Assembly: GCA_963666735.1 (NCBI GenBank)
Contig: OY762926.1
Location: 2,912,001 to 2,976,000 of the forward strand
Reading direction: 5' to 3'
DNA length: 64,000 nucleotides
Source of the DNA: Gemmatimonadota bacterium
GTDB lineage: Bacteria; Gemmatimonadota; Gemmatimonadetes; Palauibacterales; Palauibacteraceae
Shown here: positions 10,503-20,929 of the stretch, piece by piece
Numbering within the stretch: position 1 is the first letter of the stretch
Layout of the letters: every line of letters begins with the position of its first letter
Program-made: the position numbers and the translations under genes
Notes under the pieces: generated by a model
The model's input: only the letters and a program-made list of their open reading frames with translations
What the model was told of the DNA's origin: nothing
Databases searched by the model: none

Positions 10503-11648
10503 ATGGACAGGGAAGCCGGTTTCGATGTCCGGAAGGATTTTCGGCGCTTCTCGCAGAGGGACGACATCTTCTGCCGCTCGTTCTGGGACCCGGAGGTGCG
10601 TACGCACCGCTCGGACATGTTCTACGAGACGTACCGCACGCCGAAGCTGACCTGGCGTTCCGTCGACGGCTTCACGCGGCGTGACTACGCGCTGCGCAAC
10701 GCGTCCTGGCACGTGACGGACGTCTTCGCCGAACTGCGTGACGGCGATGACCGCCGCGAGGGCTTTCTGGATCCGTACACCACGGTTCGCGAGGGCCCGG
10801 GCAGCACGCCGCCGGTGGCGTCTCCCGAGGAGATGGCGCGCGAGATCAAGCACGCCGCCAAGACCCTGGGAGCCGATCTGGTGGGGATCACCGGCAACGA
10901 CGAGCGGTGGCTTTACACTCATGCCTACAGCCGCGAAGACGAGCACGAGAAACCGCAGGAGATCTCCACCGATCTCGAACGTGTGATCGTGATCGCTCAA
11001 TCCATGGACCGGGAACTGCTGCGGACGGCGCCCTCCGCGCTGAGCGGCGCCGCGACGGGCGCCACCTACTCCCGGGATACCATCGTGCTGCTGGCCATCG
11101 CGCAGTACATCACCAATCTCGGCTATCGCGCCGTGGCCAGCATGAACGACTCGGCGCTCGCCATCCCGCTCGCCATCAGGGCCGGGCTGGGCGAATACGG
11201 GCGCCACGGTCTCCTCATCACCCGCGAGTACGGCCCCCGGGTCCGCCTCGGCAAGGTCTTCACCGACATGCCCCTCGCCCACGACAGGCCCGTCAGCTTC
11301 GGCGTGAAGGAGACGTGCGACATCTGCCGCGCGTGCACGAAGGGCTGCCCCGCGGGGGCGATCGCCGACGGCGAGCCGTCCGCCCTGGTCCACAACCGGT
11401 CGAACATCCAGGGCATCCGAAAATGGACCACGGATGCGGAGAAGTGCTTCCGTTTCTGGGCCAACCAGAACACCGACTGCTCGATCTGCGTGCGCGTCTG
11501 CCCCTACAATCGCGACTATCGCCGCCGATGGAGCCGAGTGTGGCGAGGGCTGGCCGGCACGCGGCTCCGGCGACTTGCGCTTTGGCTTGACTCCGTCGGT
11601 GGGCGCGGCGAGCGCCTGAGACCATCCCACTGGTGGAACGCCGCGTGA
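10503..11648 (+). CDS. Reductive dehalogenase-family (cobalamin, 2x[4Fe-4S]) protein without TAT signal
   Basis: IKHAAKTLGADLVGI, AIPLAIRAGLGEYGRHGLLIT..GPRVRLGKVFTDMPL, CDICRACTKGCP and CFRFW..CSICVRVCP Fe-S motifs. Confidence 0.8.
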   Translation: MDREAGFDVRKDFRRFSQRDDIFCRSFWDPEVRTHRSDMFYETYRTPKLTWRSVDGFTRRDYALRNASWHVTDVFAELRDGDDRREGFLDPYTTVREGPGSTPPVASPEEMAREIKHAAKTLGADLVGITGNDERWLYTHAYSREDEHEKPQEISTDLERVIVIAQSMDRELLRTAPSALSGAATGATYSRDTIVLLAIAQYITNLGYRAVASMNDSALAIPLAIRAGLGEYGRHGLLITREYGPRVRLGKVFTDMPLAHDRPVSFGVKETCDICRACTKGCPAGAIADGEPSALVHNRSNIQGIRKWTTDAEKCFRFWANQNTDCSICVRVCPYNRDYRRRWSRVWRGLAGTRLRRLALWLDSVGGRGERLRPSHWWNAA

Positions 11649-11687
11649 TGGGGGTGGCGGCCCCCCGGCGCGGGCACGATGCATTCG

Positions 11688-11717
11688 TTGACGGGTATAC
11701 GGTAATACAGCTATCAT
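11688..11717 (+). promoter_or_regulatory. Sigma70-like promoter for vapBC, probably leaderless
   Basis: TTGACG (11688) -18 bp- TATCAT (11712); ATG at 11724 follows with no room for an RBS. Confidence 0.55.
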
Positions 11718-11723
11718 GGCGCC

Positions 11724-11990
11724 ATGAAGGCGACCATCGATATTCCGGATGACCTGTACCGCCAAGTCAAGTCGGAGGCGGCCCTGCGGGGCCTGACCAT
11801 TCGCGAAGTCACCACGGGACTCTACCGGCGCTGGCTGAGCGAGGACGAAGGCGCGGAGATCCGCGAGGCCCCCAACGCATGGCTGCGCTCCTGGCTCGAT
11901 GCGGCCGATGAAGCGCTCAAGCGTGCGCCCGGGGGCCCATCGGCGAGGGAAGAGCTGGCCGCCGACCGGAATCGGTTGGGAGCCGAGTGA
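11724..11990 (+). CDS. RHH/CopG-type antitoxin (VapB-like)
   Basis: MKATIDIPDDLYRQVKSEAALRG ribbon-helix-helix N-terminus; overlaps PIN gene (GTGA). Confidence 0.8.
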   Translation: MKATIDIPDDLYRQVKSEAALRGLTIREVTTGLYRRWLSEDEGAEIREAPNAWLRSWLDAADEALKRAPGGPSAREELAADRNRLGAE

Positions 11991-12409
11991 CGACGCTGGT
12001 CATTGACGCCAGCGTGTGGGTCTCCGCGGCAGACGCGACCGATGGATTTTCCGAGTCGAGCCGAGCCTTTCTCTCCCTGGTGGTGGAACGGAAACTCCCG
12101 GTTTCTCTCCCGGAGCTGGCGAAGCTGGAGATCGCCTGCGCGCTCGCGCGGAGGCTGCGCGACGCCGAGCGCGGACGGAACTTGGCTGATCAAATGCTGG
12201 GTTCTCCGCTGGTCACCGTGTACTCATCGAACCGGGCGATGCTCCAACGGGCCCTCGAGGTCGGCACCCGAGGTTTTCTGCGCTCCGGGGACGCTCTCTA
12301 CGCCGCCCTCGCCGATTGGCTGGGCGCCGGGGTCGTGTCGTGGGATGGCGAGCTGATCAAGCGGGCCGGGGCCGTCACTCCCACCGATTGGATTGAACGG
12401 AACGCGTAG
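11987..12409 (+). CDS. vapC: VapC-family PIN toxin
   Basis: LVIDASVWV, E in AKLEIA, DALYAALA, VSWD acidic PIN motifs. Confidence 0.85.
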   Translation: MTTLVIDASVWVSAADATDGFSESSRAFLSLVVERKLPVSLPELAKLEIACALARRLRDAERGRNLADQMLGSPLVTVYSSNRAMLQRALEVGTRGFLRSGDALYAALADWLGAGVVSWDGELIKRAGAVTPTDWIERNA

Positions 12410-12417
12410 GAGAGAAA

Positions 12418-13404
12418 ATGTCGGAGTCCGGCCACGACGGCACGGCGCACACCGGCGCGCGCACCTGCGCGAACTGCGGACGCGAGCGGCCGGAGAGCTT
12501 CTGCGCGGGGTGCGGGCAGAGCGACCGGGAGTATGCCCGTTCGCTCGGCTCCGTGGTTCTCGAGTTTCTGCGCGAGATGTTCGAGTTGGATTCCCGGCTC
12601 TTCCGCACGCTGAAGCGTCTCTTCTTCAGGCCCGGAAGCCTCACCCGGGAGTTCTCGCGCAACCGGCGGGTCAGCTTCGTGTCGCCCGTGAGGCTCTACA
12701 TCTTCGCCAGCTTCGTTTTCTTCCTCCTGTTGTCGCTGTTCGGAGATTTCGGGGAAGTGGTCGTGACGGGCATGACCGAGGAGGACCGGGAAAATGCCGC
12801 AACCCAGCTCTCCGACGCCGTCACCCAGCCACCGACTGAAGAGCGCCTCGCGGCCTTCAGGGCGGCACTACCGCCGGAACAACGGAGGAAGGCCGACGAC
12901 ATTCTCCGTCGCTCGGAAGAGAATTTCGGGAGACAAGTCGTCCTTTCAGCGGCCGAGGAGGACTTCGAGGAGCGGAACTGGATCGCCCGGTTCATGGTGG
13001 TGGCCGCGATCGACATCATTCACGATCCCTCGGTCGTCCGCCGGCGCCTCCTCGCGAACATGCCGATCGCGATGTTCTTCGTGCTGCCGGTCCTCGGCCT
13101 GGTCCTCGCCGTCTTCCATTTTCGGAGGAAGCGCTTCTACGTGGAGCACCTGGTCTTCGCCATCCATGTCCAGACCTTCACGTTTCTCATCTACGCGGTC
13201 GCGCTCCTGCTCCCGGACTCGGGGCTGGGCGGTTGGGTCCGTGCGGGCTGCCTGCTGATTCCGTACCCCTACTTCGTCATCGCCCTCCGGCGCTACTACG
13301 AGAACGGCTGGGTACTGACGGTGGCGAAGTCGGTCGGCGTGTACGTGCTCTATTCGCTGGTGCTGCTTCCCGCGTTTGTGATCTCGATTGTCGTGACCGG
13401 GTAG
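12418..13404 (+). CDS. DUF3667 domain membrane protein
   Basis: N-terminal CANCG..FCAGCGQ Zn ribbon, RPGSLTREF..SPVRLY, C-terminal TM helices with YVEHLVFAIH. Confidence 0.8.
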   Translation: MSESGHDGTAHTGARTCANCGRERPESFCAGCGQSDREYARSLGSVVLEFLREMFELDSRLFRTLKRLFFRPGSLTREFSRNRRVSFVSPVRLYIFASFVFFLLLSLFGDFGEVVVTGMTEEDRENAATQLSDAVTQPPTEERLAAFRAALPPEQRRKADDILRRSEENFGRQVVLSAAEEDFEERNWIARFMVVAAIDIIHDPSVVRRRLLANMPIAMFFVLPVLGLVLAVFHFRRKRFYVEHLVFAIHVQTFTFLIYAVALLLPDSGLGGWVRAGCLLIPYPYFVIALRRYYENGWVLTVAKSVGVYVLYSLVLLPAFVISIVVTG

Positions 13405-13431
13405 GCCTTACTTCGACGGTGTACGCGGGAG

Positions 13432-14727
13432 CTACGCCGGGCCCACGAGTTCGAGGGCCGCCAGCGCGAGGGCCTGCGTGCACGCCACGAGATCGTCGAC
13501 CGCGCAGGATTCGTCCGGCTGGTGGGCCTCCTCGAGGGGGCCGGGGCCGTAGGCCACGCAGTGCTCGATGCCGGCGATGCGGGCGAGGTGCTTCTGGTCG
13601 TAGGTGCCGGGGCTCGCCACGAGTTCCGGAGGACGGCCGATGACCGTCTCCACCGCCCGCGACAGGGCGGCCACGAGCGGCGAGCCGGGCGGCGCGGAGG
13701 TGGGGTGCACGACCATGCGCTCCTCGATCGTGAAGCGGCGTTCCGGGTCGCCGCCTTCTACCGACGCGACCGCGCGCGCGATTTCGGCGCGGACCTCGTC
13801 GAACGGCTCCTCCGGGATGAAGCGGCGGTCGAAGGTGGCCGCGCAGCGGTCGGCCACGCAGGGCGACTGGGTCGCCTCGCCGGACTGCCCGCCGGTGATC
13901 GCGTTGACGTTCAGCGAGGGACGGCGGGAGGGTTCCGGCACGACGGGCAGGGCGGAGAGACGCGTCGCGAGGTCGGGGGCGAGCCGGGTTCGGAAGGCTT
14001 CCAGCAGGGCGCCCATGTCATCGATGGCGCTGCGGCCGAGGTGGCTCATGCTGCCGTGGGCCGTGTGGCCGTGCGCGATGACGTCGAACCAGTAGACGCC
14101 CCGGTGCCCCACGCACACGCGACCGGGTCCGAACGGCTCCGGGATGATGGCGTAGCGGGTGTCGTCGCTGGAGATGACCCCGGCCTCGCACAGGTGCGCG
14201 ACCCCCGCGAACCCGCCGCTCTCCTCGTCGACCGTCGCGCTGATGTCCACGGCGCCCTCGAGTTCGACCCCGGCGCGCCGCAACGCCTCGAGCGCGAAGA
14301 CCGCGGCGGCGATCCCGGACTTCATGTCCGACGCCCCCCGCCCGCAGATGCGCCCCTCGCGCACCACGCCCGCGAACGGGTCGACCGTCCACCCGTCCCC
14401 CGGCGGGACCACGTCGAAGTGGCCGTTCAGGTGGAGCCGCGGACGTCCCGGAAGGGCGGCCCCCCGCCCCACCACATTCACTCGCGGGTGGTCGGCGGTA
14501 TGCTCCGGGCGCCCCTCCGCCTCCACGTACTCGACCGCCAGACCCGTCGCCCCGAGCCGCCGCCCGATCAGTTCGGCGCAGTCCCGGTAGCCCTCCCCGG
14601 GGGGATTCACCGTGGGGATCCGGATCATCTCCGCCGTGAAGGCCACAATCTCGTCGCGCGCGGCCTCCACTTCGGCGAGGACGCGGTCCTCCCGGCGCGT
14701 GCCGGTCGGTGGGCTTACGCGGTGCAT
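13432..14727 (-). CDS. ArgE/DapE-family M20 deacylase
   Basis: LNGHFDVVP, GRGASDMKSG, VDEESGG, IIPEP, AHQPDE metal-binding motifs. Confidence 0.9.
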   Translation of the reverse strand: MHRVSPPTGTRREDRVLAEVEAARDEIVAFTAEMIRIPTVNPPGEGYRDCAELIGRRLGATGLAVEYVEAEGRPEHTADHPRVNVVGRGAALPGRPRLHLNGHFDVVPPGDGWTVDPFAGVVREGRICGRGASDMKSGIAAAVFALEALRRAGVELEGAVDISATVDEESGGFAGVAHLCEAGVISSDDTRYAIIPEPFGPGRVCVGHRGVYWFDVIAHGHTAHGSMSHLGRSAIDDMGALLEAFRTRLAPDLATRLSALPVVPEPSRRPSLNVNAITGGQSGEATQSPCVADRCAATFDRRFIPEEPFDEVRAEIARAVASVEGGDPERRFTIEERMVVHPTSAPPGSPLVAALSRAVETVIGRPPELVASPGTYDQKHLARIAGIEHCVAYGPGPLEEAHQPDESCAVDDLVACTQALALAALELVGPA

Positions 14728-14831
14728 GCGGATCTCCGGGCTGGGGGATACGCGGGCCGGGTTGCCCGGCGGGTGCGGTCCCTACATTGTGTCGCGCCCT
14801 ACACCAAACGAAACCCTGCCCGAGAATCCCC

Positions 14832-15620
14832 ATGACCCAGATGTTCAGCCTGGAAGGACGCACCGCCGCGATCGTCGGAAGCGGCTCCGGCATCGGCGAG
14901 GCCGTCGCGACCGGGTGCGCGGAGGCGGGAGCGTACGTGTCCTGCCTCGACATCGATGCGGACGCCGCGGCCCGCACGGCGGCGACCATCCGCGCGGCGG
15001 GGGGTGAGGCCGACTCCGACCGCCTCGACATCCTGGACGGCGCGGCGATCACCGGCGCGTTCGAGGACATCGCGACGGCCCGCGGGTCCCTCGACGTCGT
15101 GGCCTGCACCCCCGGCGTGAACGTGCGCAAACCCCTCCTCGACTACACCGATGAGGAGATCGACCGCGTGCTGGGCCTCAACCTCAAGGGCGGCGCCCAC
15201 GTCATTCAGTCCGCGGGCCGGATCATGAGCGCGCAGGGATCGGGGTCCATCATCCTCTTCAGTTCGATCCGGTCGGTCGTGGTCGAGCCGGGGCAAAGCA
15301 TGTACGCCGCCACCAAGGCGGGGATCGTGCAACTGGTGCGCACCGCCGCGGCCGAACTCGGGCCCCGCGGGGTGCGGGTCAACGCGGTCGCGCCGGGCGT
15401 CATCGACACGCCGCTCACGGCCCCGATCAAAGGCGACCCGGACTGGTACGGCGCCTACGCCGCGCGCAATATCCTCAACCGCTGGGGCAGCGCCGCGGAG
15501 ATGGCCGGCCCCACGGTTTTCCTCGCCTCGGATGCCGCCAGCTACGTGACCGGGACGGTCCTGTTCGCCGACGGCGGCTGGACCGCCATCGACGGGAGGT
15601 ACACACCGCCGTCAGGCTGA
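14832..15620 (+). CDS. SDR family NAD(P)-dependent oxidoreductase
   Basis: VGSGSGIG, YAATK catalytic motif, RVNAVAPG, ADGGW. Confidence 0.9.
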   Translation: MTQMFSLEGRTAAIVGSGSGIGEAVATGCAEAGAYVSCLDIDADAAARTAATIRAAGGEADSDRLDILDGAAITGAFEDIATARGSLDVVACTPGVNVRKPLLDYTDEEIDRVLGLNLKGGAHVIQSAGRIMSAQGSGSIILFSSIRSVVVEPGQSMYAATKAGIVQLVRTAAAELGPRGVRVNAVAPGVIDTPLTAPIKGDPDWYGAYAARNILNRWGSAAEMAGPTVFLASDAASYVTGTVLFADGGWTAIDGRYTPPSG

Positions 15621-15872
15621 GTTGGACCCTCCGTGAACGCCGTTGGACCCTCCCTGATCGCCGGTATTCGACCGTGCGTAACCTTCTTCCGGGAGTCCGC
15701 TCTCGGCAGGTCTCGGACTACGGGACTCGCCAGAGCCGCAGGGACGAAATGCCTCCGGCTCTCGAGGCGCGACGGACATACCGTTCGTCCGCTGTCGCGA
15801 ACACACGCCCGAGGCCGAGGGCCACGGCATGGTGGGGCGCGGTGGACTCTGGAGGCACGGGATCTCCCCGCG

Positions 15873-16751
15873 TTACAGCTTCAGTGGTCGTTTCTCGATC
15901 CTGAGGAGGCCGAGCCACGCGATGCCGGTCCACAGGACGAAGTGATAGACGGCCAATCCCGTCGCTCCCCAGTCCCAGGCCGCGCCGGACCCGAACCCCG
16001 CGACCAGATCGCGTATGACTCCAGCGGGGAAGATGACGAACCGCAGGACAGTCCGGACCGATTCCGCCGTTGCCGAAGCCTCCAGGAAGGGGTTTTCGAG
16101 CAGTGATCCCACAGCCCCCGAGAGCAGATAGTAGAGCAGCCCGAGGAGTGCGGCCCGGCGGATTCCGAGGGCGGTGATGGCGAAGCTGATCGCGCATGCG
16201 AGCACACCGGTGAGGCAGATGCTCGCCACTCCTCCCAGTTCCGTGGTCGGCGCCACCCCGGGCGGCAGGGCGGCGACCGCGCCCGTCAAACCGAAGATCG
16301 CGAGTGCGGCGAACGTTGCGACCTGTATGCCGAGGTAGCGCTGCAGGTAGAAGGAGCGCAGCGGCATCGGGTGTTGCGCCCACAGCATGATCGCACCGCT
16401 ACGTCGCTCATCCGCGACGATCCCGCCCGGCATCAGGAAGGCAAAGAGGGTCGTGCCGAAGCCGAAGGCGAGGTTCAACAGGCTGAAGAGGGCGAACATT
16501 GCCGCACCGCGCGCCATGCCCTCAACCAGCTCGACGGACGGCTCGGCGCCTTCGGTTTCGACCTGCTGCCCGGCGGCCTGTATGAGTTCGAAGGTTCCCG
16601 TCATGTCGTAGGCGTGCGTGAGGACGACGACCCCGACGCCCAACAGGAACACCACCAGCGCGAACTTCCACCGGCGGTGCATCGCGTTCCGGAGGGAGAC
16701 CTTGACGATGTTCACGAAACCGTCCGCAGTACCGCCCATGGCGCCGCTCAT
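15873..16751 (-). CDS. ABC transporter permease
   Basis: About six hydrophobic segments, IVADERRSG ABC-2-like motif; overlaps the ATPase gene. Confidence 0.75.
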   Translation of the reverse strand: MSGAMGGTADGFVNIVKVSLRNAMHRRWKFALVVFLLGVGVVVLTHAYDMTGTFELIQAAGQQVETEGAEPSVELVEGMARGAAMFALFSLLNLAFGFGTTLFAFLMPGGIVADERRSGAIMLWAQHPMPLRSFYLQRYLGIQVATFAALAIFGLTGAVAALPPGVAPTTELGGVASICLTGVLACAISFAITALGIRRAALLGLLYYLLSGAVGSLLENPFLEASATAESVRTVLRFVIFPAGVIRDLVAGFGSGAAWDWGATGLAVYHFVLWTGIAWLGLLRIEKRPLKL

Positions 16752-17464
16752 GACACCGCCCCCTCCAGCCCGACGAACTCCGCCTCCAGGACCTCGCGGG
16801 TAAAGCCGCCTTCCGGTGGCTCCACGATGCGCCCGCGCCCCCGGTCGATCAGGAGCACGCGGTCGCTCATCATCGCCAGTTCGCCGAGGTCGTGGCTCGC
16901 GACCAGGATCGTGGTCCGGCCGCGAATCTCCTCGATCCGCCTGCGGAGGCGGATGCGTTGCCCGGGGTCCAGTCCCGATTCGGGCTCGTCGAGGAAGAGC
17001 AAACCGGCCGGTCGCATCAGAGCCATGGCGAGCGCCAGTCGGCGCCGCATCCCCTTGGACAGCGAGTCGGCGGGACGGTCGGTGTCGTAGTCCAGCCCCG
17101 CCAGCCGACTCGCGCGCCCGATGTCGGCGTCCGGACCGGCCGCGGCGGCCGCCAGCGCGAGCAGGCCGTCACAGGTCCAGTGCGGTGGAAGCACCGTGTC
17201 TTCCGCCAGGTAGCCGATACCGTGCCGGCGCCGGTAGTCCGCCGGGTCGGTGCCGGACACCGTGGCCTCGCCGTCGATCGGAGCGAGCACACCCAGCAGC
17301 GTGCGGAAGAGCGTCGTCTTGCCCGAGCCGTTGGGTCCCACCACCGCGAGCACCTCGCTGCGCACGATGTCGAGCGAGAGTCCGCCCACCACGGGCTGCC
17401 CCCGGCGATATCCGACACGCAAGTCGCGAAGCCTGAGTTCCGCCGGTCCGCTTTCGATGGTCAT
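16748..17464 (-). CDS. ABC transporter ATP-binding protein
   Basis: Walker A GPNGSGKT, signature LSKGMRRR, Walker B LFLDEP, ASH. Confidence 0.92.
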   Translation of the reverse strand: MTIESGPAELRLRDLRVGYRRGQPVVGGLSLDIVRSEVLAVVGPNGSGKTTLFRTLLGVLAPIDGEATVSGTDPADYRRRHGIGYLAEDTVLPPHWTCDGLLALAAAAAGPDADIGRASRLAGLDYDTDRPADSLSKGMRRRLALAMALMRPAGLLFLDEPESGLDPGQRIRLRRRIEEIRGRTTILVASHDLGELAMMSDRVLLIDRGRGRIVEPPEGGFTREVLEAEFVGLEGAVS

Positions 17465-17625
17465 GTCCCCCTCATTGGTGTACCTGGAGCCAGGTTTACC
17501 TCAAGGATCCGGAGAGCGAGGTCTCCCAATCCCCGAGCCATGTCAATCTCGCTCTTTGTAGCGTCTTCAGCGAGCAGCACCGAGCAGCTGAAATGCACCA
17601 TGAACGGAACGGCCTGCCAGCCCGC

Positions 17626-18333
17626 CTACCTCAGGGACACATGCAGATGGTCGGCCGTGCCCACGTGGCGGAGTGTGTGGAAGCCCATCGCCCGGAACGC
17701 GACTTCGGCCGCGAGGTTCCGCCACTCGGGCCGGTTGGCGGTGCGAAGATCCAGGGCGTGGACGAATCCGTCGTCCTGGCGGAAGTGCAGGGAAGACTCG
17801 TTGGATGGGAGCCCCGCGCGAGCGTAGAACTCGGGCGTGCGAGCCGCATCGGTGACCACGGCGTCGGCGTCGGCCAGGACGAAGACCGATACGGCCATCC
17901 GCAGCAGGGGATGAAGGCCCAGGTACTCGGCTCGCACCTCTTCCGACTTCACGTTTCCGCCCGCGACGACCAGCAGCGAGTAGAGCACGAACGCGGCGGC
18001 GGAGAGCGCCGCGACCCGAGTCGCGAACTTCCTGAGCCGCTTGCCCGCCCCGAGGCGCCGACTGGCTGCCCACGCGTAGAACGCCAGGAGCAGCGCGGTG
18101 GCGGCCGCCGAGACGGCCACCGAGGACCACGCCCCCAACCCCCACTGCTGGTAGGCGAAGACGCCTCCGCGGACGAGGAGGATGAACGGAAGCACCGCAA
18201 GCAGGACGGCCGTCACTCCCCACCGCACGACTCGGCCAGACCAACGCCGCGGTCGCCTCCGGGCACGCGGGTTCGCCTCCTCCGGACCGGCGGCGGCCTC
18301 GGCAACCGGATCCTCGACCTGCAGTCTGTTCAC
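17626..18333 (-). CDS. Membrane protein with C-terminal M15/Hedgehog-like Zn-peptidase motifs
   Basis: Three TM segments, then SLH...HALDLR...DHLHVS, resembling the LAS metallopeptidase H..D..HxH pattern. Confidence 0.5.
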   Translation of the reverse strand: MNRLQVEDPVAEAAAGPEEANPRARRRPRRWSGRVVRWGVTAVLLAVLPFILLVRGGVFAYQQWGLGAWSSVAVSAAATALLLAFYAWAASRRLGAGKRLRKFATRVAALSAAAFVLYSLLVVAGGNVKSEEVRAEYLGLHPLLRMAVSVFVLADADAVVTDAARTPEFYARAGLPSNESSLHFRQDDGFVHALDLRTANRPEWRNLAAEVAFRAMGFHTLRHVGTADHLHVSLR

Positions 18334-18465
18334 ATGTCCTCCGATGACCCTGCCCTTTCTTCGTGCCTACGCGAAGAGTCGTCCGTACGCTTCAGTCGGA
18401 GCGTGATTGCACCGCAATCATTCGGTAGCTTCTCCGCCCGCCCGTACCGCGAGGAGGCACAACCA

Positions 18466-18711
18466 ATGGCGAGCATCACGGTCCGCAATCTCGACGACGA
18501 CATAAGGGCACGCCTCCGCGTACGCGCCGCCGAGCATCACCGTTCGCTGGAGGAGGAGGTGCGTGTCATCCTGCGCGACGCCGTCACCAGCCGGCGCGCC
18601 GGTCCTCGGAACCTCGCTGAGTTCACCCGGGAGTGCTTCGCGTCTCTCGGTGGCGTCGAACTCGAACTGCCGCCGCGCGGCCCGATGCGCGCACCTCCGG
18701 ATCTCTCCTGA
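18466..18711 (+). CDS. FitA-like RHH antitoxin
   Basis: MASITVRNLDDDIRARLRVRAAEHHRSLEEEVRVIL; RBS GAGGAGG upstream. Confidence 0.85.
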   Translation: MASITVRNLDDDIRARLRVRAAEHHRSLEEEVRVILRDAVTSRRAGPRNLAEFTRECFASLGGVELELPPRGPMRAPPDLS

Positions 18712-18719
18712 GCGGCTGC

Positions 18720-18800
18720 ATGTTCGTCATAGATACGAACGTCGCGTCAGAGCTGATGCGCGCTGAACCGACGGCCGTCTTCAAATGGGTCGAGACACTC
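18720..18800 (+). pseudogene. Truncated FitB/VapC PIN toxin
   Basis: MFVIDTNVASELMRAEPTAVFKWVE matches a PIN N-terminus, then similarity stops. Confidence 0.75.
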
Positions 18801-19005
18801 GCAGTGGTCGGCTTGCCGGCGGCCGTGCCAGCAGCGGGCACAAGAGGTCATCGACGTACCTTCGGAGCGTCGCCATTTGGATCCGGCGTTGGACCGGTGT
18901 CGTTGCAGGTATCGAGTTTATTCTAGGCGTCCAGATTGAGGTTTTCGATGTTCGCCACTAGCTTGGCTGCTGGCCGCGCAAACGCCGGGACGAGGAGGAG
19001 AACGA

Positions 19006-19419
19006 GTGAGGATGAGCAACGGGGCGCTCCGGATCCCACCGCAAACGGTCGTGGCGATCACGATAGGCCTTAGCCTACTACAGATGCGGGAGCGGGACAC
19101 GTTCCGCGACGGTTGCGCGCCGGATGACGGGACACGGGCTGTGCTCGAGGAAGCCGTGGCCGCGCTGGACACCGCCCGGCTCTACCGGCCCAACCTGCCC
19201 ATCGCGGGACCGGAACACCGGGCGTTCCGCGCCGCAGACCCGACCTACCCGGATACTGACGCTCTGCTAAGGGCGACGCTGTATCGCAAGTACTCGGAGG
19301 ATATGCTGCGTCACGCGCTAGACCCGACGCGGGAGCCGCCGGAGCGTGCGCCGCATACGCCGCATACGACCGAACCCTCTCCGATATACGCCAAGTGGCT
19401 TGAGGAGTGCGCGCCATGA
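19006..19419 (+). CDS. Hypothetical protein
   Basis: 137-aa ORF with GAGGAGGAG RBS-like element upstream; no recognised motif. Confidence 0.35.
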   Translation: MRMSNGALRIPPQTVVAITIGLSLLQMRERDTFRDGCAPDDGTRAVLEEAVAALDTARLYRPNLPIAGPEHRAFRAADPTYPDTDALLRATLYRKYSEDMLRHALDPTREPPERAPHTPHTTEPSPIYAKWLEECAP

Positions 19420-19991
19420 CCGCGAGACAGCCTCTTCCAATACGGGAGATGAGTATCCATGTCGCAAGGGATGCCTCGGTAGGGCTGCGGGCCGGTCTAG
19501 CGTCTTGGAGAAGTGCCGATGCGGGCGACGCCGCTCGCAACCGCAGGGGTGTGCGATGGCTTTGCAGCCGCTCCTCATCTGGTCTTCCACGCGGCGGCGG
19601 GGTCGGCGATGTCTCGGAATAGCTGGCGAGGGGCTCCACTCGGGCAGCTTTGGCGGCCTTGATCCCCGAGGTGGCGGTCGGTCTCGTCGAGTTGTGACCC
19701 CCGTGTTTCGATGCCTCGTGCAGACACCGTGGAGGACTGGCATGCGCAACCCCATGCCGCGCTCCGCCGACCTCACTCCCGGTCACCAATCCCTCGCGTG
19801 AAAGCCTTAGGCGGGTGCCCGTCGGCAGTGTTTCGCCTTGGCTCGGTGAGAGCCTGAGCGAGGAGCCTGAAGGGCGGAGTCCAGAAAGCGAGGCCTTGAC
19901 TAGTGAAGCTATCGTTGGAGACCCTGTCGTTGCTTCGGCAGAGGATGGAAGCCAGCTTGGACATGTCTCGCGTCCTTCTGCGGCGGTCGTC

Positions 19992-20567
19992 GTGATCATC
20001 ACGAGCACGTATCTGTCCACCACTCGCGGTCGCTACAGGTACCTCTTCTTCCTACTCCTCAAAGACTATGATCAAGAACAACGGGAGTTCTCGAACGCTC
20101 TGAGGGCGAGCTTGGAGCGCTTCGCACGTCAACTGCAGAGTGAAGGCGCGCTCGTACGACCATTCACAGGTGACGTTGAGGCCACTCGACGGCAGGTTCT
20201 TGACAAACGTTGGACTCGATCCGCGAGGCGGGAGATCAGAAGCACACCAAGCCTGCTGATGATCGACCATGACTTCGACACGTTCGACCCCGAGGAGCAT
20301 CGATGGCTCCAGGTCAAGATCCCGCTCCGTGGACGCGAGGAGGAGACGGGTCGGATGCTCGAGGATCTGGCGAGGCTGATCACCTCTGAGCCGGAGGAAG
20401 ATGTTTTTCGGCGAGCCCATCGGATCGTGCGCAGAGCAAGTCTGGACCTCGGCGGGATCGTGGAGATCAGGCCCAGCGTCTTCGGAGTCAGCCTGAACCT
20501 CGAAGGCCTTAGAGACTCTGTGCAGCAGCTCGTCGGTTCAAGAAGGGGTCGGAGCGCCAACTACTGA
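19992..20567 (+). CDS. Hypothetical protein (start uncertain)
   Basis: Globular, protein-like composition from VIITSTYL onward; lower-GC codon usage than the host genes. Confidence 0.5.
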   Translation: MIITSTYLSTTRGRYRYLFFLLLKDYDQEQREFSNALRASLERFARQLQSEGALVRPFTGDVEATRRQVLDKRWTRSARREIRSTPSLLMIDHDFDTFDPEEHRWLQVKIPLRGREEETGRMLEDLARLITSEPEEDVFRRAHRIVRRASLDLGGIVEIRPSVFGVSLNLEGLRDSVQQLVGSRRGRSANY

Positions 20568-20929
20568 TTACCCAGCCCGCCACCGGTTCGGGTTGTTGCC
20601 GATCCGACCTGCTTGGTGCGCTCGACCTCGATCGCCAGGGGGGCTCCCCCTCGCGCGCCTGCCGGGCGAGGGGCGTGTGCAGGCCGACGTCTGCCCGCTG
20701 CCCTGTCCGGCGATGGGACAAGCGACGGTGGCCATGACGGTGCCGTCGTCGCCCCGCTTCGCGATCTTGCCTCTCCCTCGGAGGAATAATATTACCTCGA
20801 ATACTATGATATCGAAGAGTACCTCTTCTCGGCGGTTCACGAGCGCTACCATGACGACACCCGTGTCTGCAGCCAGTTGGGTGGGTTCTCGAACCTGGGA
20901 ACCCGCTCGATCTCGACGATCTGGGAAGG

